DNA from: Terrimicrobiaceae bacterium
GTDB lineage: Bacteria > Verrucomicrobiota > Verrucomicrobiia > Chthoniobacterales > Terrimicrobiaceae
Assembly (NCBI GenBank): GCA_041752695.1
Contig: JBGSVZ010000082.1
Span: 1-15,158 of the forward strand
DNA length: 15,158 nt
Direction of reading: 5' to 3'
Shown piece by piece: positions 7,503 to 15,158 of the stretch. Every line of letters begins with the position of its first letter. Position 1 is the stretch's first letter. The notes below the pieces were generated by a model. The model searched no databases and was not told the origin of the DNA. It saw only the letters and a program-made list of their open reading frames with translations. The translations under genes were made by a program, and so were the position numbers.

Positions 7503-7748
7503 ATGAATGAATTGGCGAGAAATGCGAAACAGATAGGGAATTCGCTCCGGCGTGCGCGCAAGCAGCGTGGCTGGAGTCAGACGGTTTTGGGTGAAAAGGC
7601 CGGGTTGCGTCAGGAGAGTATTTCACTGATTGAGACCGGGAATCCGGCGGCGAGGATTGATAGTTTGTTAGATGTGTTGAGTGCGCTGGATCTTGAATTC
7701 CGGATTGGACAGCGGTCGAAGAATTGGGATGTTGGGGGTGCTGACTGA
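7503..7748 (+). CDS. hipB: HipB-like XRE HTH antitoxin
   Basis: IGNSLRRARKQRGWSQTVLGEKAGLRQESISLIETG..LLDVLSALDLE is an XRE HTH. TGATG overlap with hipA. Confidence 0.92.
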   Translation: MNELARNAKQIGNSLRRARKQRGWSQTVLGEKAGLRQESISLIETGNPAARIDSLLDVLSALDLEFRIGQRSKNWDVGGAD

Positions 7749-9070
7749 TGCCGCGCAAGCGTCGGTATCCGCCGCTTCGTGTCTTGCTCAATGGCAGGAT
7801 GGTGGGCCAGCTATGGAAGGAGCTGGGTGGTGCGATAGGGTTCCGCTATGACGAGTCCTGGCTTGCGGATGGCCGGTCAATACCAGTTTCATTGTCGCTC
7901 CCGCTACGCGAGGATGCGTACCGAGGTCAGGCAGTCTCGGCGGTTTTTGATAATCTTCTTCCGGATTCGGAAGTGCTGCGCAGGCGGGTGGCGGAGAGGG
8001 TAGGCGCTGCTGGGGTGGATTCATTCAGTTTGCTGTCGGAGATCGGCCAAGATTGTGTTGGTGCTCTTCAGTTTTTGCCGGAGGACGTGGAGGTTGCGTC
8101 CGCGGACAGCATATCAGGCGAGCCTGTTGATGATCTGGCGATTGAGCGTCTTCTCAACAATCTTGGGCCTGCGCCACTTGGACTTGACCGGGAGCGGGAG
8201 TTCCGGATTTCGGTGGCGGGTGCGCATGAAAAGACGGCTTTGCTTTGGCATGAGGGGCGTTGGTTCAAGCCGCATGGGATGACCCCGACCACGCATATTT
8301 TTAAGACGCGGATTGGGATGCTTCCGGGGGGGATTGATCTGTCGGCGAGCATCGAAAACGAGTTCTACTGTTTGAAGTTGCTGTCGTTCTTTGGTCTGCG
8401 CTCATGTGCGGCTGAAATCCGGCGCTTTGGGGACATTTCTGCGTTGGTTGTGGAGCGATTCGACCGGTTTCGGACAGCGGAGGGAAAGTTAGTTCGGTTA
8501 CATCAGGAGGATTGTTGTCAGGCGTTGTCGGTTTCTCCGTGGCGCAAATACCAGAGTGATGGGGGGCCGGGTATACTCGAAATTTTGGACCTGCTCAAGG
8601 GGGCGGATTCCCCTGCGGAGGATCAGAAGGCGTTTTTGAAGGCGCAAATTATCTTTTGGTTGATTGGTGCGACAGATGGTCATGCCAAGAATTTTAGTGT
8701 GCTCCTAGGGGCTGGCGGGCAGTTTCGGCTGGCACCATTTTACGATGTCCTGACGGCTCAGCCGAGTGTGGAAGCCAAGCAGATTCATCACACTGAATTA
8801 AAGCTGGCGATGTTCGTTGGAAAGAACCGGCACTATGTGATCGACAGGATATCCGGGAGGCATTTTATCCAAAGTGCTGAGCGTGCCGGTGTGCCGGCGG
8901 TTATTGTCCGGGAGGCTCTGGACGAGGTGTCGGCTGCCGCTCCCTCCGCGTTTGCACAGGTCGAGGGGTGTTTGGATTCTGTGGTTCTGGAGCAGATACA
9001 TGAGGCGGTCAAATCGGCCAGCACGAGGAGGGTTGAGCATGCCAGTGCTGGCGCTAAAGGCGGCGAGTAG
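7748..9070 (+). CDS. hipA: HipA Ser/Thr kinase toxin
   Basis: N-terminal FRYDESWL..SLSLPL..FDNLLPD, IGQDCVGALQF, RISVAGAHEKTALL, PTTHIFK, ENEF, VVERFDR, LHQEDCCQ, IGATDGHAKNFS and LAPFYD. 440 aa. Confidence 0.96.
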   Translation: MPRKRRYPPLRVLLNGRMVGQLWKELGGAIGFRYDESWLADGRSIPVSLSLPLREDAYRGQAVSAVFDNLLPDSEVLRRRVAERVGAAGVDSFSLLSEIGQDCVGALQFLPEDVEVASADSISGEPVDDLAIERLLNNLGPAPLGLDREREFRISVAGAHEKTALLWHEGRWFKPHGMTPTTHIFKTRIGMLPGGIDLSASIENEFYCLKLLSFFGLRSCAAEIRRFGDISALVVERFDRFRTAEGKLVRLHQEDCCQALSVSPWRKYQSDGGPGILEILDLLKGADSPAEDQKAFLKAQIIFWLIGATDGHAKNFSVLLGAGGQFRLAPFYDVLTAQPSVEAKQIHHTELKLAMFVGKNRHYVIDRISGRHFIQSAERAGVPAVIVREALDEVSAAAPSAFAQVEGCLDSVVLEQIHEAVKSASTRRVEHASAGAKGGE

Positions 9071-9089
9071 GCGCGAGGGAAAGTCCTTT
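9066..9089 (+). repeat. 24-bp direct repeat, right copy, overlapping the hipA stop codon
   Basis: AGTAGGCGCGAGGGAAAGTCCTTT, identical to 7344-7367. It supplies the hipA TAG (9068-9070). Confidence 0.9.
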
Positions 9090-9201
9090 TCCGCCGAAAG
9101 GTTGGTGAGACATTCGGGCAACAGATTGGCCCGGTCTTGATCGATCTCAGGCGAATAGCGGAATTTATTCTCCACCGCCGGTAGAGTATTTCTTCGCTGT
9201 C

Positions 9202-9210
9202 TGATAGACT
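9202..9210 (+). promoter_or_regulatory. Putative extended -10 promoter for the relaxase (leaderless geometry)
   Basis: TGa-TAGACT ends 6 nt before the ATG at 9217. No Shine-Dalgarno sequence is visible. Confidence 0.45.
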
Positions 9211-9216
9211 CGGCCG

Positions 9217-12200
9217 ATGCTGAGGGTAGTTGCTCATAAAAGCGCCGCTGCTGCCCATCAATATTACACGGAGGGGCTGAAACGAGAGGATTACTACTCC
9301 GAAGGCCAGGAGGTGGTGGGGAAGTGGTATGGAAAGGCGGCGGAACTTCTGGGAGTTTCGGGGGCGGTTACGTCTGAGGGTTTTGCGGCGCTAGTGGAGA
9401 ACCGACATCCGGTGACTGGCAAGCAATTGACGCCGCGGACGAAGGCGGATCGGATCGTCGGATATGATTTGAACTTCCATGCGCCCAAAAGTTTGTCGGT
9501 GCTTTATGCGTTGACCGGGAACGAGAAGATTTTGACGGCATTCAGGGAGTCAGTGGCGGAGACCATGTCGGAGATTGAGTGGCAGGCGGCCACGAGGATT
9601 CGCCGGGGAGGGGCGCATGAAAACCGGATAACGGGCAATTTGGCATGGGCCGAATTTGTGCACTTTACGGCGCGACCGGTAGGGGGCGTGCCGGATCCGC
9701 ATCTTCACGTCCACTGTTTTACGTTCAACGCGACGTTTGACGATGCGGAGGGAAGGTGGAAGGCGGCGAAGTTTCGCGACATCAAGCGGGATGCTCCGTA
9801 CAGCGAGGCGGGGTTTCATGCGCGGTTGACGCACAAACTGGATAAGCTGGGATTCGGGATTGAGCGGACGGCTGGGGGTTGGGAGGTCGCCGGGATGCCG
9901 GCGAGCGTGAATCAGAAATTCTCGCGACGAACGGCGCAGATTGAGGAATTGGCGCAGCAGATGGGCGTGACGGATGCGCGAGAAAAGGACGCGCTGGGGG
10001 CGTCTTCTCGCGAGGGCAAGCGCAAGGGTTTGAGTTTTCCGGAACTACTGGGGTTGTGGGGCGAGCGTTTAACCGATGCGGAAAAGGTGGCGATCTCGCG
10101 GGTGGCGGGCGAGCGGCGCCCGGTCGGAGTGCGCGATGCGATCACTGCGAAAGTGGCGTTTGATTATGCGCTTGAAAAGCTGTTCGCGAAAAACTCTGTA
10201 GTTGATCAGAAGCGGTTGGTTGCGGAGGCGCTCCGGTTTGGAGTTGGGCGTGTAACGCCCGAAGAGATTTGGGATGAGTTTGAGCGGCGACCGATGATTT
10301 CGCGGCAGGTAAATGGGGAGTTTCTTTGTACGACGGTGGAGGTTTTGCAGGAGGAAATTTCTTTGATTCGGTTTGCGCGGCTGGGCCGGGGAAAATCACC
10401 GGCCTTTGTAAAGGGGGAGTCGGCCATGGTGGATGGGCGTCTTTCGGATGAGCAGCGGGCGGCGGTGCGGCACATTCTTAAATCGCACGATCAGGTCATC
10501 GCTATCCGCGGTGGCGCGGGTGTCGGTAAGACGACGATGATGAAAGAGGCGGTTGCGGGGATTGAGAAGGGGGGGGTGCGGGTATTCGCATTTGCGCCTT
10601 CGGCGGCGGCGTCGCGGGAGACTCTTCGCGAGGCCGGATTTGCTGAAGCTGAGACGGTGGCGCATTTGCTGGCCAATGCGAAGCTGCAAATGCAGACACG
10701 CGGGCAGGTTATCTGGATTGACGAGGCGGGGTTGTTGGGCGCGCGCGAGATGTGGGAGGTCATGCGAATTGCTGGGAGCAGCACGCGGGTAATTTTGACT
10801 GGTGATAGCGGTCAGCATGCGCCGGTGGCGCGTGGTGATGCTTTCCGGCTGCTTCAACAATATGCAGGGCTCAAGGTGGTAGAATTGAGCGAAATTCGGC
10901 GGCAGGAGGTTGAGGGGTACAAGCAGGCGGTCGCTGCTTTGAGTCGAGGAGATTTGCAGACGGCGTTTCGGCGGCTGGATGATTTGGGGGCTATTATCGA
11001 GGTTGCCGATGATGGCGAACGTTATCGTTTGTTGGCATCTGATTTTTTGGCGCTCAGTCGGAAGGGGGCACCGCCTCTGGTGGTTTCGCCGACGCACGCG
11101 GAGTCGCGATTGGTGACGGATGCGATTCGGGCGGCGAAAGCGGAAATTGGTCAGCTCAAGGGGGAGAGAAGTTTCGTGCATTACCACAATTTGCAGTGGG
11201 AGGAGGTGGACCGGGGGCGAGCGGAGAATTACCGCCAGGGTTTGATGGTGCAGTTTCATCAAAATGCGGCTGGGGTGCAGCGCGGGGAAATGTTGCGAGT
11301 AACCGGTGTGGATGAGACCGGCAAGGTTCTGGTGGCGGGAGGTAAGGGTGAGAATCGGGTTTTGAATCTCGCCGAGGCGAAACGGTTTCAGGTGTTTGAG
11401 GAGAGGGAGATTGCGCTGGCGCGTGGTGACCGGATTCGGATCACGCGCAATGGTCAGACGGCCGATGGCCGGCGGATTAGCAACGGCAACCTGTTCACGA
11501 TAGAGAAATTCAACCGCTCGGGCGACATGGTGCTTTCTACTGGGGCGGTGCTGTCCAAAAATCACGGCCATCTGGCTTACGGCTATTGTCAGACGTCACA
11601 TTCCTCGCAGTCGAAAAGCGTGCGCGATGTGCTGGTCGCGCAGAGCGAGGTGTCTTTTTTGGCTGGCTCGCTGGAGCAGTTTTACGTATCGGTTAGTCGT
11701 GGCAAAGAGACCGTTCGCGTTTACACCGATGACCGGACGGGGTTGCAGGAGGGGGTTGGTAACCACTCATGGCGACGTTCTGGTATTGAGCTTGCGTCCA
11801 TGAACCCCAGAGAAAACGAGAGACCGATTGACGGCAAAAATTGGCAGAACCGGCTGGAGAGCCAGCGGAAGCGTTCTGCTGGAATGTCGGAGACGGAAAA
11901 GCTCAACCATGCCCGCAAGGGCAGGAGCCCTCGGGTGGACCAGGGGATGAGCTGGCGGAAGTATATCGAAATGAAGAAGGCGATGTCTGGACCGGATGGC
12001 AAAAGCCGTTCGAAGGGGTTTCCTGGCAAGGCATCGGCAAGAAAGGTCAAAGTTGCGGCGGGAGGCTTACCAGAAAAGCATCCGAAGAAGGCGACCGCCA
12101 AGGCGGAAAAGCCCGTCCAAACCACGCAGGTGAAACCGCAACAAGGAAAGGCCGAGATACGGAAGACGGAGGTAAAAGCACCTGAGACGCGCAAGACACG

Positions 12201-12435
12201 GCTGGGCAGAGCGTATCAGGTTGGCCAAGCTCGGCTGCAACAGACGACGCAGAAGGTTAAAAAGCTCGCTGGGGAGAGACTGGAGAAGGTCAGAGCGTTG
12301 CGGCAGAGCAACACTCAGAAAGTTTCTGAGCATGCGGCGAAACAACGTGCTGCAAATGCAACGAAAACAGTGCAGACCAAAGCTCAGGTAAAGCAACCAC
12401 AGGTGCCACCGCCAGCAGCCAAACGGGGGAAATGA
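9217..12435 (+). CDS. MOBF conjugative relaxase-helicase (TrwC/TraI family)
   Basis: N-terminal HQYY and EDYY tyrosines, GYDLNFHAPKSLS, HUH motif HFTARP..PDPHLHVH and FSRRTAQIE. RecD-like helicase motifs GGAGVGKTT, IWIDEAG, LTGDSGQH, YGYCQTSHSSQSKSV and FYVSVSRG. Long Lys/Gln-rich C-tail. Confidence 0.96.
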   Translation: MLRVVAHKSAAAAHQYYTEGLKREDYYSEGQEVVGKWYGKAAELLGVSGAVTSEGFAALVENRHPVTGKQLTPRTKADRIVGYDLNFHAPKSLSVLYALTGNEKILTAFRESVAETMSEIEWQAATRIRRGGAHENRITGNLAWAEFVHFTARPVGGVPDPHLHVHCFTFNATFDDAEGRWKAAKFRDIKRDAPYSEAGFHARLTHKLDKLGFGIERTAGGWEVAGMPASVNQKFSRRTAQIEELAQQMGVTDAREKDALGASSREGKRKGLSFPELLGLWGERLTDAEKVAISRVAGERRPVGVRDAITAKVAFDYALEKLFAKNSVVDQKRLVAEALRFGVGRVTPEEIWDEFERRPMISRQVNGEFLCTTVEVLQEEISLIRFARLGRGKSPAFVKGESAMVDGRLSDEQRAAVRHILKSHDQVIAIRGGAGVGKTTMMKEAVAGIEKGGVRVFAFAPSAAASRETLREAGFAEAETVAHLLANAKLQMQTRGQVIWIDEAGLLGAREMWEVMRIAGSSTRVILTGDSGQHAPVARGDAFRLLQQYAGLKVVELSEIRRQEVEGYKQAVAALSRGDLQTAFRRLDDLGAIIEVADDGERYRLLASDFLALSRKGAPPLVVSPTHAESRLVTDAIRAAKAEIGQLKGERSFVHYHNLQWEEVDRGRAENYRQGLMVQFHQNAAGVQRGEMLRVTGVDETGKVLVAGGKGENRVLNLAEAKRFQVFEEREIALARGDRIRITRNGQTADGRRISNGNLFTIEKFNRSGDMVLSTGAVLSKNHGHLAYGYCQTSHSSQSKSVRDVLVAQSEVSFLAGSLEQFYVSVSRGKETVRVYTDDRTGLQEGVGNHSWRRSGIELASMNPRENERPIDGKNWQNRLESQRKRSAGMSETEKLNHARKGRSPRVDQGMSWRKYIEMKKAMSGPDGKSRSKGFPGKASARKVKVAAGGLPEKHPKKATAKAEKPVQTTQVKPQQGKAEIRKTEVKAPETRKTRLGRAYQVGQARLQQTTQKVKKLAGERLEKVRALRQSNTQKVSEHAAKQRAANATKTVQTKAQVKQPQVPPPAAKRGK

Positions 12436-12438
12436 ATT

Positions 12439-12852
12439 ATGGCAGAGGAATCAATTGATCGGATACTTGAATCACGGAAAAAGACCGAGCCCGTCGCGAG
12501 CGAAGCGGAAGGCGAAAAGTTTTTCTCCATTTTGGTAGGAGAGGCGATGGAGGAGCATTTCCTTGAGCTGCAATTCCGCATCGGAATGCAGACCTGCTTT
12601 TCCTACACCGATTTGTTGTGGTTCAACCATGATCCGGAGGCGGGGTGTATCGATTGCGAGTTTGGAGGTTATATGGTGACCATCAAGGGGCGTGGGCTTT
12701 ATCCGAAGCTCTTCCACGGGATTAAGCAGAAGCGGGTTGCTTGGGTGCGGGAGGCTGACTTGGAGATGGAAGACCATCCCGGCAACGACGTCTATATCGA
12801 AGAGATTCTGATTACTCCTCCAAGCAGTGGAAGCAGCGAAGAAGCTACGTAA
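12439..12852 (+). CDS. Small acidic hypothetical protein, co-transcribed with the relaxase
   Basis: Starts 3 bp after the relaxase stop. Glu/Asp-rich and globular-looking (FLELQFRIG..FSYTDL..VTIKGRGL..VAWVRE). Confidence 0.75.
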   Translation: MAEESIDRILESRKKTEPVASEAEGEKFFSILVGEAMEEHFLELQFRIGMQTCFSYTDLLWFNHDPEAGCIDCEFGGYMVTIKGRGLYPKLFHGIKQKRVAWVREADLEMEDHPGNDVYIEEILITPPSSGSSEEAT

Positions 12853-12854
12853 CT

Positions 12855-14165
12855 ATGAGGATGTGGGGGTGGGTCCGGCAATTCCCTAAAGTCGCGTTGG
12901 TCGTCGGCGTGCTGGTCGGCAGCACGCTGGTTTTTGCTATGTGGTGGTTTTCGACTCCGTCGAAAACGGGAGAATTTGGGGCAGCTTCGGGGGAAGTTGC
13001 AAAGGCATCGGCGGCTGCGGCTCAGGCTCCGGCCTGGGTTAAAGATTTCAAGAAACTGATTCTGGCCGACAATAATCTAGTCAATGTTGAGACCGGGGAA
13101 GTGATCGTGAAGGGATGGCTTAAGCATGGTATGCCGTCGGGGGTATGGTTCGACGACGACTCAGCGAAGGTAATTGCACGTTATAGCAAAGGGTTTGTGC
13201 GTTACAATCTGGACGGTAAGCCGGAGCGGGACATTTTGATGCCGTCTCCCGCTTTCCTTCTGCCATCGAGTGATGATTTGCTATTCGTGAAAGAGGCGGA
13301 TATTTGGCGGGCGGAGATTGATTGGGCGGCGTTTGTCGTGCGTGAAGAAAAAGCAGTTACGGCCATCGAGGAGTTCGTAGACGAGTATTTTCCAGACAAT
13401 ATCCTGATGGTGGGAGAGAAGGTGCTGTTGGTTAGGAACAAGATGCAATTGCTGCGAGTTGATTTGGAGACGGGTGAGACGCGTCCCTCGAAGTTTCCGG
13501 CCGTATCGGGGATGGAGATTTCGCCGGGGAAGCGATTCCTTATTGGTGATCAGAACGGAACGCTTTTCTGTTACGACATCGAGACTGACCGAGCAACCAC
13601 GCTGGAGCTTGGAAAGCGGGTTGGGTTTCAGGATTACCAGTGGCTGGACGAAGATCGCTGCTTAGCTCTTGACCGTGGGGGGCTGGTGAAACTCTTCAGC
13701 CGGGAAGACAATAAACTAGATGCAGTTGCGGAGCTGCCAAAGCAATGCAGACAGTTGGGCATTCCTTCTCCACACGGACGGTACGTCTTCGCCAGCAGTG
13801 AAGGAGGGCGGGGTTTCTTGGTCGATACAGAGGGACGGAAGGCAAGCCCGGTTAGGGGTGGTACGGGTGTGGCGTGGATGGATGCAGAAAGATTCATGTT
13901 TGCGCGGGATACCCAGAATTCGGAATTGCGGGGGACTTGGACACAGAAGGTGGAAGAGACAGAACAGCGCGTCTCTCCGCGCCCGTATCTTGTGCCGCGA
14001 GGCGGTTCTGCGGTTCTTCCTCTTCCGGGATCGGGTCTTGTCGTCTTCTACGCTAAAGACGCTCTATGTCGGATGAATTCGGATGGGACAGATTTTGCGG
14101 AAGTGGCGGAAGTTGCCCGTCCTCCGTCATTTGCCATTCCGATAGGGGAGTGGCAGGAGCATTGA
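12855..14165 (+). CDS. Membrane-anchored exported protein, probable beta-propeller (TolB/WD40-like)
   Basis: N-terminal TM segment VALVVGVLVGSTLVFAMWWF, an Ala-rich linker, then blade-like strings (LLRVDLETGE, ISPGKRFL, LFCYDIETD, PSPHGRYVF, FLVDTEG, RMNSDGTD). Starts 2 bp after the upstream stop. Confidence 0.7.
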   Translation: MRMWGWVRQFPKVALVVGVLVGSTLVFAMWWFSTPSKTGEFGAASGEVAKASAAAAQAPAWVKDFKKLILADNNLVNVETGEVIVKGWLKHGMPSGVWFDDDSAKVIARYSKGFVRYNLDGKPERDILMPSPAFLLPSSDDLLFVKEADIWRAEIDWAAFVVREEKAVTAIEEFVDEYFPDNILMVGEKVLLVRNKMQLLRVDLETGETRPSKFPAVSGMEISPGKRFLIGDQNGTLFCYDIETDRATTLELGKRVGFQDYQWLDEDRCLALDRGGLVKLFSREDNKLDAVAELPKQCRQLGIPSPHGRYVFASSEGGRGFLVDTEGRKASPVRGGTGVAWMDAERFMFARDTQNSELRGTWTQKVEETEQRVSPRPYLVPRGGSAVLPLPGSGLVVFYAKDALCRMNSDGTDFAEVAEVARPPSFAIPIGEWQEH

Positions 14166-15018
14166 CGATTTCTTAAGGGATAAGCCCAATATTGCTTTCA
14201 TGCAGCAACGATAAACTTGTGGAAACGGAAATGAAATAAACGCTTAGGCCGAGGCTGCCAAAGTCAGTTTGAACTCGGTGACTGAAATCATCATTCCCCC
14301 CGGAGATGATCGCAGCCTAGTCTGGATCTTTCGCTTGGTTCTGCTTCCGCCATTCAATTCGATTCTGGACCGTCTCTAGCAGGATTCACTTCAGCACGGG
14401 CAGCCACATCGGCGCTTTCGACACGTCGCGAAACGCTATGAGAAGCGTCGAGAATATCTCTCTTGCCGGCACGGCGACGGCTCTTCCGGTCGACGCGATC
14501 AGCACGGTATCCCGCAAGGAGAAATGTAATTTCCGCGAGAAAGCCTTTTGTAAGCTGCGGTGGATCGGACAAGCATTACCCCTCGGAAACGACGAGCGAA
14601 GTCAATTTCCAACTCTCCCGATTGTCTCCAAAGAATTCCGTCACACTTCCCTAATAGCGCCAACAATATCAATCGTTTCGAAGCGTGCAACCTGTTGCAA
14701 CAATACAACACCAACGACAAAATCAAATCGAATCAAAAAAAGACTTTACTCGGTGCTCTCGATCCGGCAAACGTCATATTCCATGTAAAAACCGAGGGGG
14801 GATTGGGAATGGCGGCAGGGAAAGCGGAAAGAAAAATACTACTGTCCAAGCTAATGGCGAAATTCGGCAATTTGGTTAAATGCACCGTCGTCAGGCACCT
14901 CGCAGGCGAGACCCGAGCCGCCAAATTCGGATTTACGCGGTTGATGGCGGAACTTTCCATATTGATGATGAATGACATTGACGAGGAATTTTCTGAATGG
15001 GAAAAGAGAGCCGTGCGA

Positions 15019-15158
15019 TGAGGTGGACCCCAAAAATCGGACCAGTGGTTAAGCTATAGATTTTGCGGGAATCGGGAGGGAGGGATACAAGGAAAAAGCC
15101 GATGAAAGGAAAACGCAGAAGACACGAGCCGGAGTTCAAAGCCCGAGTGGCGCTGGAA
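15019..15158 (+). mobile_element. IS3-family insertion sequence, left end (continues beyond window end)
   Basis: TGAGGTGGACCCCAAAAATCGGACCAG at 15019-15045 is an IS3-type terminus, followed by an OrfA start. Confidence 0.85.
15102..15158 (+). CDS. IS3-family transposase OrfA, N-terminal fragment (partial)
   Basis: Manual translation MKGKRRRHEPEFKARVALE matches the KRRxHxxEFKAxVAL start of IS3 OrfA. AAGGA SD upstream. Confidence 0.85.
   Translation, partial: MKGKRRRHEPEFKARVALE

Noticed and set aside
6678..7561. ORFs 6678-7223, 6985-7341, 7040-7561 and 7131-7457
   Set aside because: They run through the periodic array, the inverted repeats and the hipBA promoter, and have no protein-like features.
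8205..8243. HipA P-loop GAHEK instead of GAQEK as a sign of an inactive toxin
   Set aside because: The autophosphorylated Ser, the catalytic Lys and Asp, and the metal-binding Asn/Asp motifs are intact. One substitution is not enough evidence.
10396..11571. 391-aa minus-strand ORF and other antisense ORFs inside the relaxase, T4CP, repA and hipA genes
   Set aside because: Shadow frames of GC-rich genes that already have clear assignments.
14354..14978. Short ORFs 14354-14572, 14438-14788, 14463-14654, 14499-14726, 14685-14879 and 14733-14978
   Set aside because: Mutually overlapping, with no recognisable motifs or ribosome-binding sites. None can be supported.

Overview
This looks like a near-complete ~15 kb mobilizable plasmid or plasmid-derived element, cut at both ends inside two different outward-facing IS3-family elements. 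It carries a type Ib partition pair (parA plus a ribbon-helix-helix partner) whose operon continues into an AT-richer type IV pilin-like gene. An iteron origin precedes a RepA (RPA family) initiator with a C-terminal DnaA domain-I-like region. The mobilisation module has a VirD4/TraD-like coupling ATPase with no transmembrane segment, followed by a multi-TM partner. Divergently transcribed are a MOBF (TrwC-type) relaxase-helicase, a small acidic protein and a membrane-anchored beta-propeller-like protein. No mating-pair-formation (T4SS) genes are in the window. A hipBA toxin-antitoxin unit with three 18-bp operators lies between the coupling protein and the relaxase, bracketed by a perfect 24-bp direct repeat. 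Notable non-coding features are two arrays with strict 4-nt GCNN periodicity (upstream of parA and of the coupling protein) and two hairpin-dense regions (~200-450 and ~6970-7370). All calls come from reading motifs by eye; no database searches were run.
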